A stretch of 64,000 nucleotides of DNA. It comes from an uncultured Acidobacteriota bacterium. Lineage in GTDB: Bacteria; Acidobacteriota; Blastocatellia; RBC074. The notes beneath the pieces were generated by a model. That model did not search any database. It was given only the letters and a program-made list of their open reading frames with translations, and was not told where the DNA came from. The DNA is taken from NCBI GenBank assembly GCA_963796275.1, contig CAWCKY010000007.1:544001-608000 (forward strand), written 5' to 3'. Of this stretch, positions 31,520 to 43,800 are shown in pieces; the stretch's first letter is position 1, and the number at the start of each line of letters is the position of its first letter. The position numbers and the translations under genes were made by a program.

Positions 31520-33179
31520 CTACGCCAGGGTAATCTGCAAACGCGTAACCGACGCCGGCGCAAAACTGCATGTCGCCGTGCCGTCTACTCTCACCGCCGC
31601 CTTTCCATCTTTCGGCTCGATATTGCGCGGGTTTTCGAAACTGTTATGCGCGCGCATATCGCCGGCCGATAACACCGTCACCTTGACCTCCTTGATCGCA
31701 GCGCCGCGCAGCGCGATCTCGGTCTCGCGCGACTGGTTCAGATTCCGGATTGGTGACGGTCAATGTCAATTGGCGGTCTTTCCTCGATGCCGAGCCCGCC
31801 AGACCGCGGATCGTCGCGAGTTTGCCGTTTCGCGTGTATGAAGTACGAGGCCCGGAGCAGACGGTTCGCACCGACTCGCCGCTCTGGTGCGCCGCGTACA
31901 TATCGAACACGTGATAGGTGGGCGTCAGGACGAACTTGTCTTCGTGCGCCAGGAAGAGCGACTGCAGGCAATTGACGAGCTGCGCGATATTGGCCATCGC
32001 TACTTTATCGGCGTGCCTGTGAAATATGTCGAGCGTCAATCCCGCCAGCAATGCGTCGCGCATCGTGGCCTGCTGGCCCAGCAGATGCGTTTTATGAGCT
32101 TCGGTTCCGGGTTTATACCATGCTCCCCATTCGTCTACTGCCAGCTTGATCCTGTGCTGGCGGTCGAATTCGCCCATTATCGCCCAGTGGTCTGTGATCA
32201 AGGTTTCCATGCGGCCCGCTTCATTCAAGAGTTCATACCATTCCTCGACTGAATAATTGAGCGCATCCCCCTTGCCCTGGCGCCAATCATTGGTGCGCCC
32301 CGAACTGACGTTCCACGAGTAGTGATGCAGCGCCCATGCCCACATTCGCCCGAAGCCGCCGCGCTCCGCGAGCCGGGCGAAAAATCGCCGCGACCAGGAG
32401 AGATCGCCCCCGTTCGGCCCTGATCCGATGTAGGATAAAGGCATCCCGTAGCGAGGCACCCATTCAGAAAAACGCCGGTATTCAGCCGCATACTCTTCCG
32501 GCGTGAAATTGCCGCCGCATCCCCACGATTCATTGCCCACGCCCCAGTAGCGCACTCGATAGGGCTCGCGTTGCCCGGCGGCGGCGCGCATCTCGGCCAG
32601 CGTCGTGCTTCCCGGAGGTGAGTTGCAATATTCGACCCATTCGTAAAAATCCCGCGCCGTCAGGCTGCGTAGATTGGCGGCCAGGTATGACTGAGCGCCG
32701 ATCAGCCGGCAGAATCGCAGGAAATCGTCAGTGCCGAATTGGTTGGTATCGTATTTCCATGGGCCGTCAGGCGCCCCCTCCGGCCATTCCCAAGCGTCCA
32801 CCCAGAAATTAGTCCGGCGCGGACGCTGTGCGCGCGGCCCAATGCCGTCGCGCCAGTTGTAGCTATCGGCGAAGCAACCGCCCGGCCAGCGTACGACGCC
32901 GGGTTTGATCCGCTGCATCGCCTCGACCAGCGCCAGGCGAATACCGTCGATATTGGGAATCTTCGAGTTCTGGCCGACCCATATACCGTCATAAACCACC
33001 CCGCCGAGATGTTCGACGAAATGGCCGTAGATCTCCGGAGCGATCTTTCCTATCGGCTCGTCGAGCAGAATCTCGATCCTGGCATCGGCCAGGCGGGACT
33101 GGCGAGCGGAAGTGGCGGTGCCGGCCAGTAGCGTCACACTACCGGTCATAGCTGCGTTCAAAAAATCGCGTCGTTTCAC
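31520..33179 (-). CDS. Tat-exported alpha-L-arabinofuranosidase (GH51), +1 frameshift near 31745
   Basis: KRRDFL Tat motif, [37 protein letters not shown]; removing one base restores TNPNLNQSRE...AHNSFENP to a TAG at 31520. Confidence 0.92.
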
Positions 33180-33301
33180 TTTCTCCTCCAGAAATAGACA
33201 GTATGTACAGTATTTACAGTATTTGTCAGGATTTCAGGTTCGTTCGATTGAACGATTGGCCGCATATAATAGCATTGCAATTTATCAACCGGCTACCTAT
33301 T

Positions 33302-34483
33302 ATGAACCGAATGAAATACCTTAGATTATCCTCGTGTGTGACCATAAAGTCTGTTTGTTTAATCGCATTTCTTTCCTTCTCCTATTCAACATTTGCTCAG
33401 GCTGACGTGCAGCAGCTGATCCGACAGTTGCAGGAGAAGGAGAAGAGTGTCCGTATCGCCGCCCTCAATGAGGTGAAGCGACTGGGGCCGAAAGCTCAAG
33501 ATGCATTGCCCGCATTGATCGACTTACTGAAGGACCCGGATGATGAGATTCGCAAGGGATCATCGGAAGCGATAGGGCTGATGGGCGTCGCGGCCAACCC
33601 TGCCGTTCCAGCGCTTGTGGATGCGCTTAAGGATAAAAACAATTCGGTCCGCAGCAATGCGGCGTTCGCCCTCGGAAAAATCGGACCCGAGGCGAAATCT
33701 GCCCTTCCAGCACTGGGCCAGCTATTGAAAGACCCGAATGGCTCCGTGCGTAGCAGCGCGGCTTTTGCGCTCGGACGGTTCGGAAGCGATGCGCGAGACT
33801 ACATCCCCGGGTTGATAGCATTGTTGGACGATCAGAACGAGTCGGTTCGCAAAGATTCCGCAGATGCGCTCGGTCGTATCGGCCCAGAAGCCAGAGCTGC
33901 CATCCCCAAACTGATCGTTCTTCTGAATGACAAGAGTGTCACTGTTCGCAGATATTCAGCCGAATCCCTGGGGAAAATGGGATCGGATGCCAGATCGGCT
34001 ATCCCGGCATTGAATGAATCATTGAAAGATCCGGAGTTCGTCGTCCGGACTTATGCTCTTCAATCTCTGGAGAATATAGGCGTCGAGAGAGGGGCCCTTA
34101 TCAAGGTCTATATCGATTTACTGAAGGACAAGAGCGAGCACATCCGAACCTATGTCGCGGAAGCATTGGGGAAGCTGGGGCTCGAGGCCAGAGCCGCGAT
34201 ACCTGCTCTTGTCGAATCTCTAAAAGACCCGGATTGGACTGTGCGCTCGAGCGCAGCGAAGGGGCTCGGGAAGATGGGTGTAGAAGCGAGCGCCGCTGTG
34301 CCCGGATTGATGGAATTGTTATCAGACCAAGAGAAGATCGTAAGGGCAAATTCGGCGGCTGCTTTAGGTGAGATGGGGGAAGCGGCGAAAATAGCCATAC
34401 CGGCATTGACTAAACTGACGGAGGACCAGGCGCAGGTGGTAAGGCTGTCGGCCGCTCAATCGATAAAAAAGCTCGGACGCTGA
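33302..34483 (+). CDS. HEAT/PBS-lyase-like repeat protein with signal peptide
   Basis: About ten 33-aa repeats of type AIPALxxxLKDxxxxVRxxAAxALGxxG; start uncertain (33302 or 33311). Confidence 0.88.
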   Translation: MNRMKYLRLSSCVTIKSVCLIAFLSFSYSTFAQADVQQLIRQLQEKEKSVRIAALNEVKRLGPKAQDALPALIDLLKDPDDEIRKGSSEAIGLMGVAANPAVPALVDALKDKNNSVRSNAAFALGKIGPEAKSALPALGQLLKDPNGSVRSSAAFALGRFGSDARDYIPGLIALLDDQNESVRKDSADALGRIGPEARAAIPKLIVLLNDKSVTVRRYSAESLGKMGSDARSAIPALNESLKDPEFVVRTYALQSLENIGVERGALIKVYIDLLKDKSEHIRTYVAEALGKLGLEARAAIPALVESLKDPDWTVRSSAAKGLGKMGVEASAAVPGLMELLSDQEKIVRANSAAALGEMGEAAKIAIPALTKLTEDQAQVVRLSAAQSIKKLGR

Positions 34484-34571
34484 ACGCTGTGCGGGGGGAG
34501 CATAATCGATTCTGGTTCCGACGTGGGCGAAATCCAGGCCGGTTACGCTCCCGCGACAGCTAACCGCTAAT

Positions 34572-35420
34572 TTAAGCTTTCAGCTTCTTCCAGTTGGCGA
34601 GGCAACGTTCCGCCGTCTCGAGCGAAGAAAATCTGCTGCCTTCCTGCTCGATGAGATAATACTCGACCCCGCCTTTCGATTCGGCTGCCTCGATTATCTT
34701 AGTCCACGGCGCATCGCCCTCTCCCAGCAGAACGTGATATCCCTTATCTTCCCCCGCACCCCAGTCCTTGCAATGGATAGATTTTATGCGGCCCGGATTT
34801 GCCTTGATCCAGGCAACCGGGTCAGCTCCGGCGCTCACACAAGTTCCTACATCGAGTTGCAGTGCCACATCTTTCGGGGTGTTGGCTGCGAGCACATCCA
34901 TCGGACGTTTGCCGTCAACCGCAACGAATTCCGGGCTGTGATTATGGAACCCGGCTCGCATTCCGAGCGGCCTCAGTTTTTCAGCAGCCTTTGTGAGCTG
35001 GTCTGCTACGCCCTTCCAGCCATCGAGTCCGGTGACTTTTCCGGGGCTGGCCATGACGATATATTTGGATCCCAGAATCTTGTTCAATTCGATCGCCTTA
35101 TCCAGCGCATCGGGCGCGAAGACGTTGGAGCCGTTATGAGTGGAGGGACAGCGGATGCCCAGGTCGTCGAGGAGCTTCCGCACCTCTTTGGCGTAGTCGG
35201 GCGTCCACTGGTAGTAGGGCGAGAAGAATTCGACCACTTGGTAGCCCATCTTCGCTACCGCTCGAACGGTACCCGTGAGATCTTTCCCCAGTTCGTCGCG
35301 AACCGAATAGAGTTCGATGCCAACTGGAATAGCTTTGCGCCGTTGCGCACCGTATGCGAGCGGCCCGGCGGCTGCCATTGCCAGGAACGTACGTCGTGAG
35401 ATGGAATCAATGGATGTCAT
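34572..35420 (-). CDS. Tat-exported sugar phosphate isomerase/epimerase (xylose-isomerase-like TIM barrel)
   Basis: SRRTFL, ELYSVR, FHNH, LDVG, IHCKD, IEQE; GGAGG RBS. Confidence 0.9.
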   Translation of the reverse strand: MTSIDSISRRTFLAMAAAGPLAYGAQRRKAIPVGIELYSVRDELGKDLTGTVRAVAKMGYQVVEFFSPYYQWTPDYAKEVRKLLDDLGIRCPSTHNGSNVFAPDALDKAIELNKILGSKYIVMASPGKVTGLDGWKGVADQLTKAAEKLRPLGMRAGFHNHSPEFVAVDGKRPMDVLAANTPKDVALQLDVGTCVSAGADPVAWIKANPGRIKSIHCKDWGAGEDKGYHVLLGEGDAPWTKIIEAAESKGGVEYYLIEQEGSRFSSLETAERCLANWKKLKA

Positions 35421-35436
35421 AATTTCCTCCGGAAAT

Positions 35437-35517
35437 AGTTTTCAATTTTCAGGTTTCGATTGCGCGATCTCGATCGGCAGCCGAAACCTAAAACTGAAAA
35501 CTGAAAACTGATAACTA
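35437..35517. repeat. Inverted pair of AGTTTTC-type heptamer arrays forming a hairpin
   Basis: AGTTTTCAATTTTCAGGTTTCG (35437-35458) pairs with CGAAACCTAAAACTGAAAACT (35482-35502), followed by further units. Confidence 0.8.
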
Positions 35518-35529
35518 TTTTTCACAGTT

Positions 35530-37041
35530 TCAGGGATTAATCAGCCGATAGCTCACGAATGCCAGATTTCGGCTATCGGGCGACCAGGACGGAACGTTGA
35601 TCGTGCCCTGTCCGCCGAAGAGCTTGGCCAGCACCTGAATCTCGCCTCCGCCGACCGGCATCAATCGCAGCATCACGTCTTTATTGGCTGGATGCCCTTT
35701 CACGTCTTTTTCATAAGAGAGAATTACGAGCCATTTGCCGTCGGGCGAAGGATGCGCAAACCAGTTGTTGTATTCGTCGGATGTTACCTGTTGCTGTTCG
35801 CTCCCATCGGTCTTCATCCGCCAGATCTGCATCGTCCCTGTCCGCTCAGAGTTGAAATATATGTATTTGCCGTCGTGCGAATAATCGGGACCATCATCCA
35901 GCCCGTTTGCACTCGTGAGCCGCTTCTCTTCGCCGCCCGCGACGGGAATGGTATAGATGTCGAAATTGCCGTTTCTCTCGGCGCAATATGCCAGCGTCTT
36001 CCCATCCGTAGACCACCCGTGCCAGTAAGACGGGGCAAGCTCAGTGACGCGGCGCGGCGTCCCGCCGCCGATCGGCAAAACATAAATGCGCGACTTGCGG
36101 TCATCTTGCGCTTGATCGCTGATGACAAGCTGCGTGCCGTCGGGAGAGATGCCATGATCGTTGTTGCAGCGAGTGGCGAATCCGGTGTCGAGCAATTCCG
36201 GCTCTTTCCCGCCCACCGCCAGTTTGTACATGCGCCCGCCCTGGTTGAAGAGAAAGTATTTGCCATCGCGCGACCAGTTGGGTGCTTCGAAGTGCGCACG
36301 CGTGCGATAGACCACGCGCCTGTCCTTAGAGGCAATCGCTATCGTTTCAAGCGTGCTTTCCAGTACCGGCTGGCCGGCGGCCTGCGGCTTGGGCGTTGCT
36401 ATCTCGACATTTGAGAAGATGGCTTTCTCCAGCGCGTTGTTGTCATGTGCGCAGACCCCCAGACCTACGTAGTACGGCTCGCTCAGTTTTAGTCGGAAAG
36501 AACCTCCGGCCGATTGCAGCGCTTCGCCCTCGCGTGCGATCGACATGTACACGTACTCGCCCTGCTTCTCGATCTGAATTCGCCTTGGTCCGGCGACATT
36601 CGATTGAATCTCGCGCGTCGGCCCGCCCTTCGCTTCTCGGTACTGCAGCGAGGTGAGGCCGTCACCATGCAATGCCGCATCGGCGTACGCTGAATCGTGA
36701 TCCAAACTCTGCCTGATGATGAGGCACGCCTTGCGATGCGTGTTGCCGCCGGTGCCGACAAAATTGACGTCAGCCGCAAGTGAGACGTCGCCCGACATCC
36801 GCTTCCAGGCAAAATGAAATGCGTCAGCTGTAGACCACATATTCTCTCCGCCGCCCGCTATGGTGTAGCTTTTTCGCGCGGCATCGTATTCGACCGATCC
36901 GGTTTTACGGACCTCGCCGATATCGCCGTTCTTCTCGAATATTCCCAGCGGCGCATCTGGTGAAGACAGAAAACCGGCTGTGAGGATAATTCCAAATAGC
37001 AGCAAGAATATTTGGGTGAATCGTCTCATTTCAGTATTCAA
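35530..37041 (-). CDS. TolB-like PD40 beta-propeller protein with N-terminal beta-sandwich domain
   Basis: Signal peptide, repeated W/YSxDG motifs, [24 protein letters not shown]. Confidence 0.88.
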   Translation of the reverse strand: MNTEMRRFTQIFLLLFGIILTAGFLSSPDAPLGIFEKNGDIGEVRKTGSVEYDAARKSYTIAGGGENMWSTADAFHFAWKRMSGDVSLAADVNFVGTGGNTHRKACLIIRQSLDHDSAYADAALHGDGLTSLQYREAKGGPTREIQSNVAGPRRIQIEKQGEYVYMSIAREGEALQSAGGSFRLKLSEPYYVGLGVCAHDNNALEKAIFSNVEIATPKPQAAGQPVLESTLETIAIASKDRRVVYRTRAHFEAPNWSRDGKYFLFNQGGRMYKLAVGGKEPELLDTGFATRCNNDHGISPDGTQLVISDQAQDDRKSRIYVLPIGGGTPRRVTELAPSYWHGWSTDGKTLAYCAERNGNFDIYTIPVAGGEEKRLTSANGLDDGPDYSHDGKYIYFNSERTGTMQIWRMKTDGSEQQQVTSDEYNNWFAHPSPDGKWLVILSYEKDVKGHPANKDVMLRLMPVGGGEIQVLAKLFGGQGTINVPSWSPDSRNLAFVSYRLINP

Positions 37042-37117
37042 GCAGCCTCCAACTGCGAGTAATTTATGTTTTTGGTCGGGGGCGTGTATTACAAATATAT
37101 AGCGAGGGAAATGTTCT

Positions 37118-38806
37118 TTAGAATTTTATCTGTTCCAGATAACGCAGGCTTCGGGGAATTTGTTGAATTGAATCCGGCGACTCGTCTTCGATGAAATACC
37201 ATCTCACGCCGGCCTTTCGCGCGGCTTTCAAAATAGCCGGCCAATCCATCATGCCGGTGCCGAGCGCCACGTCATTCTTCACATCGGAAACACCCGTGAG
37301 CAATCCCGTCGGGGTACCCTTCCTCATGTCCTTGACGTGCATCAACTCGAAGCGGCTTCCATATTTGTCGAGCAACTTGACCGGGTCCTGTCCGGGATGA
37401 ATAACCCAGAAAACGTCCATCTGATATCGGACAAACTGGGGTTTCGTTTCGGCCATCATAAGATCGAACAAAGTGCCATTCCCGTGCGGCCGAAATTCAT
37501 AGCCGTGGATGTGATAGAAGAATTTCAGGCCGTGTTTGGCGAGCGCATCGCCAGCCCGATTGAAGACAGCGCTCGCTTCACGAGCAGTCTTTTCGTCAAA
37601 TGACTCGGCCTGATGCGGGATCCAGGCGCAACCGACATACTGCAGACCGAGCGCTTTTGCCTCGCGCGCCACCTCCTCGACCTGGTCGCGATAGCGCTCA
37701 TACGGGAAGTGGCCGCTGATCGGCTTCAGTCCTCTGGCATCGAGAAGTTCCTTGAATTTCGCGGGCGCAAGGTTGTAAGTGCCGGCCAGCTCGACATTTT
37801 CGATCCCAAAACTTCGGACCCTGTCGAGAGTTGCCGGGATATCCTTGGCGAATTGTTCGCGCAAGCTATAAAGCTGAAGACCGATCGGCCCTTTGAAACT
37901 CTCTCCTGTGCCGGTCGGATGTTGGTTCAACATGCCGAGGTCCCCTAGCCATTCGTGAAATCTATGATGCCAGGTTCCGAAAGGAATCCCGTTGCGGTTG
38001 CGGATTCCGCCGCCGTGGCCGCCGTGGCCGTAAATGTGCAGTTCGACGGGAACTCCTACGCTAAAAAGAGAATTATAGAAATCAACAGTCTGACGCGCAT
38101 GTGATTGATCATCGATGCCCGCGCTTGTGAGGAAAGCCGGTGCGGCATCGGGTGGAGCTGTGAGGTCCATCGGCCTCCAACCTGCGTATACAAGGCCGGC
38201 GAAATCGGGGCGGCTGCTCTGACGATCTATCGGATCGGACGCGCTCGGATTGCCGCGATCAAACCGGATATCTGCGAGCGCGGCGAGCGCTCCGCCTGCG
38301 GAGAACCCCAGGATACCGACGCGAGTAGGATTGATTTTCCATTCTTCAGCGCGAGCGCGTATGATCCGAAGCGCGCGCTGAGTATCCTGGAGCGCCTCTC
38401 CTTCCACCGTGTATTTATAGTTTGGGGTTTGCGCCAAACGGTATTTCAGTATGAAGACGGCCACACCCATACCGTTGAGCCACTCCGTCAGATCATAGCC
38501 CTCCGTCCCCACGTTCAGTTCGCGATGACCGCCACCCGGCGCGACGATAATTGCCGCTCCGTTCGCCTTGTCGGGCGTGGGCAAAAAGACTTCCATAGAT
38601 GGATTGTGGACGTTGCGTACCTGGCGGACGCGCTGACCGGGCTGCGGATCAGGAGGGTTCGTGATCTCTTTTTCGCTCGACCCCTGCAGAGTGGCTGCGC
38701 CATTTGGCCAGAGAAAGACCACTCGTGAAGCAGGTTCCATCGCCAGGGCAGCTGTATGAGCGAGCAATGGCAATAATAGGGCGAGAAAGAGTATCTTCAA
38801 TGTCAT
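37118..38806 (-). CDS. Fusion of an alpha/beta-hydrolase (esterase-like) and a sugar phosphate isomerase/epimerase domain
   Basis: PGGG and GFSAGG in the N-half; [26 protein letters not shown] in the C-half. Confidence 0.85.
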   Translation of the reverse strand: MTLKILFLALLLPLLAHTAALAMEPASRVVFLWPNGAATLQGSSEKEITNPPDPQPGQRVRQVRNVHNPSMEVFLPTPDKANGAAIIVAPGGGHRELNVGTEGYDLTEWLNGMGVAVFILKYRLAQTPNYKYTVEGEALQDTQRALRIIRARAEEWKINPTRVGILGFSAGGALAALADIRFDRGNPSASDPIDRQSSRPDFAGLVYAGWRPMDLTAPPDAAPAFLTSAGIDDQSHARQTVDFYNSLFSVGVPVELHIYGHGGHGGGIRNRNGIPFGTWHHRFHEWLGDLGMLNQHPTGTGESFKGPIGLQLYSLREQFAKDIPATLDRVRSFGIENVELAGTYNLAPAKFKELLDARGLKPISGHFPYERYRDQVEEVAREAKALGLQYVGCAWIPHQAESFDEKTAREASAVFNRAGDALAKHGLKFFYHIHGYEFRPHGNGTLFDLMMAETKPQFVRYQMDVFWVIHPGQDPVKLLDKYGSRFELMHVKDMRKGTPTGLLTGVSDVKNDVALGTGMMDWPAILKAARKAGVRWYFIEDESPDSIQQIPRSLRYLEQIKF

Positions 38807-38970
38807 GGACAGTCATACCTTTCAGAAGGCCATCGACCGGCTACATCGACCGGCCAGACCAAAAAACCTAATTAAATCCGGATGATCTCGAACACTCACT
38901 CGAAAGTTTTGCTATTTTGGACGGAATTGAACATTTATAGCAATAGCGCTATACAACTTTCACGACATTC

Positions 38971-40215
38971 TTATTTTCTCTTCTGCGTATCGAAATATAA
39001 TCGCGCACTTTGTTTGCCCGTCTCGTTTTCCATTGCGTAAAATGATGCACTTATAGCCCCCAATGGCTTGATCGCAATCCCCAGCGTCTTCCCGTCGATC
39101 ATCCGCTGCAGCACCGGCTTTGAAATCGTTAGATAAGTTTTTTCTCCATCACCCTCGGTGACCGGCCAGTCGATGATCATCTGGCTGCTGAGCACGCGAT
39201 TGAGCGGTTGATAATGGCATAAACTATCGGTAGTAACTGTCAGCTGATTCCAACTGGGGGTTCCTCCCAGTATCTCGACGACGCGAACGATCCCGAAATC
39301 TTTTAGTTCCTTACCTTTTCGCTGGACCGAATGAGTCGTCAGCTCTAACAGGCCATGGCCCGCAACTTTATTTCCCGCATATCCGCTCAGGTCCCAGCGC
39401 AGGATCACATATCGAGTGCCTTCCACTGTCAGTAGACTGATCTTTTTTTCGCCGTACCGAACATACCAGTCGTTCAAGTTCACATCCGTGTTCTCAATGT
39501 CGATCATACTATCCTGAGCCACTTTCACCTCGTGGGCGAAGCTCTTTGGATTTGGCACGGGCGGATGATAGGGAATCGCGTCTCCTTTGTCGGGCCCGGC
39601 AATGGCGACATCGACGATATCGACTTTGATGTAGTCGACATCGACGCGGTATTTTTCCAGGCCCCAATCGATGAGAGCCATATGACCGAAGACCGTATCA
39701 CCCGGCCTGGCATCGAAATCCCGCGTAGTCATACTGATCGTGTGCCAGTTTTCCGCATCGGGAATGTCAAACTCAAGGAGATGGGAATGATGGTCAGTCG
39801 TCCTCTGCGTTTTGACCTGCAGATTCACGCGGCGCGGCGCATGGCTGACCCGGATGCGCGCTTCAATACGAAATTCGCGCCCCGGGATCTCGAGCAATGA
39901 CAGGTCCATCCCATCGGAGACCTTGCGCTGAACGAGCGCCCACCAGATGCCACGTTTATCGGTGGTGGCGTCCACGAAAATGGAGCCAAAATCTTCTCCT
40001 CCTTGACGGAAGTCCATCGTCGCCGTACCGTCTCCCGTCCGAAATGCCCAGTCAGTAATGCCCGTGCGGTCGATCTTGAGGGAAGGTCCATTGAAGTCAT
40101 CGATGAATTGAGCTGGTGTCCGCTCGCAGAGCAAAATCGTCGCAAAAACAATCAAGATACATTGTTTCGAGTATTTGAATTTCATGCCTATAACCAACGC
40201 GGAAAAATTCACCAT
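38971..40215 (-). CDS. Secreted hypothetical protein, beta-rich
   Basis: 414-aa ORF with signal-like leader then QFIDDF; may start at ATG 40185. Confidence 0.7.
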   Translation of the reverse strand: MVNFSALVIGMKFKYSKQCILIVFATILLCERTPAQFIDDFNGPSLKIDRTGITDWAFRTGDGTATMDFRQGGEDFGSIFVDATTDKRGIWWALVQRKVSDGMDLSLLEIPGREFRIEARIRVSHAPRRVNLQVKTQRTTDHHSHLLEFDIPDAENWHTISMTTRDFDARPGDTVFGHMALIDWGLEKYRVDVDYIKVDIVDVAIAGPDKGDAIPYHPPVPNPKSFAHEVKVAQDSMIDIENTDVNLNDWYVRYGEKKISLLTVEGTRYVILRWDLSGYAGNKVAGHGLLELTTHSVQRKGKELKDFGIVRVVEILGGTPSWNQLTVTTDSLCHYQPLNRVLSSQMIIDWPVTEGDGEKTYLTISKPVLQRMIDGKTLGIAIKPLGAISASFYAMENETGKQSARLYFDTQKRK

Positions 40216-40559
40216 ATCTCCCCACGCTGCCGGGATTGTGGTTTTGATCGATTTCGAGGTAATCGAGGTGATCGCGATTACCTCGAGCTATACACTCTCA
40301 GTAGCCATGTGCAGGTATTCTGCCACGTTTGTCAGCACAACAAGAAATGCATACGCGTCAACGTTAGAGGAAAGCTTCAGGAAGAACGGCAGCGCGGAAT
40401 GGAGATTGATCGGAAATCGCGGAAGATGTAGTGCCGGCTGATAGTACAGAAGAAGCGGCACGCGCGCTGAACGATGAATCAAGGAAACAGGGGGAGCCAG
40501 CCTTTTGGCTGATTGATCCATCGTTCAACGGAGCATGCTTCGTGGGACGTAGCTTTATA

Positions 40560-40787
40560 GTTGGGAGTTCCGCGTTTACGCGGTCTTATCTTTTCGCATG
40601 ATTTTCTCACCGCCTGAAGGCGGAACTCCCAACATGTTTGGAGTTCCGCGTTTACGCGGTCTTTTCTTTTTCGCATGATTTTCTCACCGCCTGAAGGCGG
40701 AACTCCCAACATGTTTGGAGTTCCGCGTTTACGCGGTCTTTTCTTTTTCGCATGATTTTCTCACCGCCTGAAGGCGGAACTCCCAAC
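40560..40787. repeat. Three tandem 76-77-bp REP doublets (GGAGTTCCGCGTTTACGCGG...CCGCCTGAAGGCGGAACTCC)
   Basis: Units start at 40560, 40636 and 40713; copies 2 and 3 are identical. Confidence 0.93.
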
Positions 40788-40873
40788 GCGTTTTCAATGC
40801 GAGAAAAATTTATAGGTGCAAACTTGTCAAATAACTGAATACCGCATGTCTAATGCCTATCATCCGGTGGCCG

Positions 40874-43800
40874 TCAAAAGATCAGCTTGAGCGCCAGTTG
40901 AATCTGGCGCGGGCCGTTACCCTGGCCGCCGATGGTCCCGAAGTTGTTGGAGTCGACTTGACCATTCGGCCCGCCCAGACGCACGCGATTGAACGCATTG
41001 AAGAACTCGATGCGGAACTGTGCGTTCCACTTGCCCTCCTTGAAGTAGTTGTTCTTGAACAATGAGAGATCGAAGTTCTTTTCGCCGTCCATCCGCAGAT
41101 TGGGCATGACGCGCGGTGAGTTGCCGAAGGTGAAGGCTGGAGTGATTGCGAATGCCGATGTGTCGAACCATTTCGCCAGCTTGGCATCCTTGGTGCCGTC
41201 GATATTGGCATTATTCCCATTCCAGGTTGGGCGCTGCGTTGGATTGAAAAGACCGACATTGTTCTGTCCCTGCGTAATGAGAATCGGCAGGCCGCTCTGG
41301 AAGGTCACGATGCCGTTAAACTGCCAGCCTCCGACCAGCCAGTTGGCTGCGGAGGGCAAGCTGCCGCCGAACTTTTTGCCACGGCCGAACGGCATGTCAT
41401 AGACGAAGCTGTTCACGAAACGATGAGTTATGTCCTGTGATCCGATGGAGCGTTCGGCCGCGCGGTCATAGACGTTCTGCCGTGAGCTTGCCTGGCCCAG
41501 AAAACCCACCGTGGTCGACACGTCATCGATCAGCTTGTTCCAGGTGTATGCGACCAGGATGCTCAGGCCATTCGAGAATCGCTTGTCGGCCCTCAACGTC
41601 CCACCGTGATAGATCGAGAAGCCATATGGGACGCGGAAGGCATTGATCCCGTCGTATTGCGGGTATGGCCGCAACAGCCGGCCGCGGGCGACGGTCGATG
41701 AGCGCAAATTCGAAGATGGGTTGGTGATTATACCGAAGAACGGGTTCGTGACCTGATCCTGCAGCTCAGTCCCGAACCTCAGGAACGAGGCCGGCAACTG
41801 CGACTGCGTGATTCCGTTCTCACCAGCCAGCAACCGTGTACCTTTGCTGCCGATATAGGCAGCCTCAAAGACGATGTTGCCGGGCAGTTCACGCTGTATA
41901 TTGAAATTCCATTGCTGAATGTAGGGACTATGGTGATCGGGGATTACTCCTTCGCCGATGCCCAGGCCGATGTTGGTTGCCGTTCCAAGCGAGGTGCCCG
42001 GCGGTAGATTGAACCCATTCGGGAAAGGATTGTCGAAGAACCCGATCGGGTCTCGCCCGTTCAGGCTGACGATCATATTCGATGAGGTGCGATATCCGAT
42101 CATCCCCGCCGTTCCGGTGTGCCCGGCTGCCTGCAGAACCGAGGGGGCATAGTAGATGCCGTAGGCGGCGCGCACCACCGTCCTATCATTCAGGCTGTAT
42201 GCGAAACCGATGCGCGGGCCCCAATTGTTCTTATCGGTCGGAAACTGGCGGCGCTCCTCTGCCGTGACGAAATTGATCGCTCCTTTCAGATCAGCTGGAT
42301 TGAAGTACGGGTTGGCCGGAACCATGCTGGCGATCGGGGAGGGAGCATCGAAATCGAAGACGCTCAGCCGATTATAACGTTCGGTGCGCGGCACATCGAG
42401 GTCGTAGCGCAGGCCCAAAGTAATCGTCAGTTTCGGCGTCATTCTCCACGTGTCTTCAAAATACAATGCCCAATACGAACTTGACGATGCCGGGGTCGGA
42501 TCATGGCTGACTGTGCCTGAATTCGGGATGCCGATCAGCATCGAAGCCAAGCCGAATCCGTCCATGTTGCTGCCCTGGTTCGGGTCGCGTTGCGTCCAGG
42601 TCGGAGAGAAGTTGTACTCGCCCGAAGGCTGGCCCAACTGCAGGAAATTGAGCATCAGCTTGCGGTAGTCCATGCCGAATTTGAACGTATGGCGCGGGAG
42701 AGTCTTCGTCACGTTGGCGTTGAAGCTATGGGTGGTCGGCGCGATGACCAGATCGTTGAATGTCTCCTGCCCTAACGAAGAAAGTCCTCCCACATTGATG
42801 CGTGGGAATTCAGCAGCTTGTGCTACCCCTTGGATAGCCGCCGGGAAGCCGAGTTGCGTAATATCGAAACCGGTTGAGAACGGGATGCGCACGACCGTCC
42901 GCCGATTGAGGCCGTAGCGCGCGTTGAGGAAGAGCGTCGGATTGACAGTGTAGACGTTATCCACCGAAATGCTCTTCGAGGTGCTGTCTGTAGGGCCTGC
43001 GTTATTCGGCGTAGCAGGGTTGGCGAAATGGTTGAATGGACGATTAGGATTTTTGAAAAGCGTAGAGAATCGCACGAAAGAGCGCCAGTTCGCCGTGAAG
43101 TTGTGATCCACGCGCGAGTCGATCTGATTGGAGTTACTGATGTTCGTGCCGACCGCCGTGAAGTTGTTCTGCTGCGTATTGGCGTTGATCGGCGTGGTGT
43201 TGGGCAGCGGCCAGTATTGCATCAGGTTGAGCGCGATCGGGTTGAGCAGGGCGGTCGGGATCTTGTTGCACGCTTCGCCGCCTACCTGCCTATTGTTCGG
43301 TTGAAGCGGGAGAGGATTTCCATCCGCGCCACACCTGAATGGATCGCGGGTAAATCGCCCGGGCGTGGTTCGATCTGCCTCGGTCGAGAACGGATTATAT
43401 AATTGAATTCGCTGTCCGCCGGCAGTCATCAGATTGGAGAAATCGCCCCGCCGCCATTCGGCCAGCGGGACAGTGAAGGTGCCGACCGATGCCGCCCCCT
43501 GGCGCAGACCTTCGTAATTAACAAAGAAGAATGTCCGATCCGTTCGGATGGGTCCGCCAACATTCCCGCCAAACTGATGGCGTTTGAAGCTGCCCTTCTC
43601 TATGCCGGCCCGGTTGCTGAAGAAGTTGTTGGCATCGAGCAAACTGTTGCGCGTAAACCCGAAACCCGTCCAGTGATACTGATTCGTACCGCTCTTGGTC
43701 ACCAGATTGATCACTCCGCCACCGAGACGGCCGAATTCGGCGCTGACCGAATTGGTCTGCACGCTGAATTCCTGCACCGCGTCCACCGACGGCGTGTAGT

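Noticed and set aside
40560-40787. CRISPR array
   Set aside because: Whole units are duplicated, with no variable spacers
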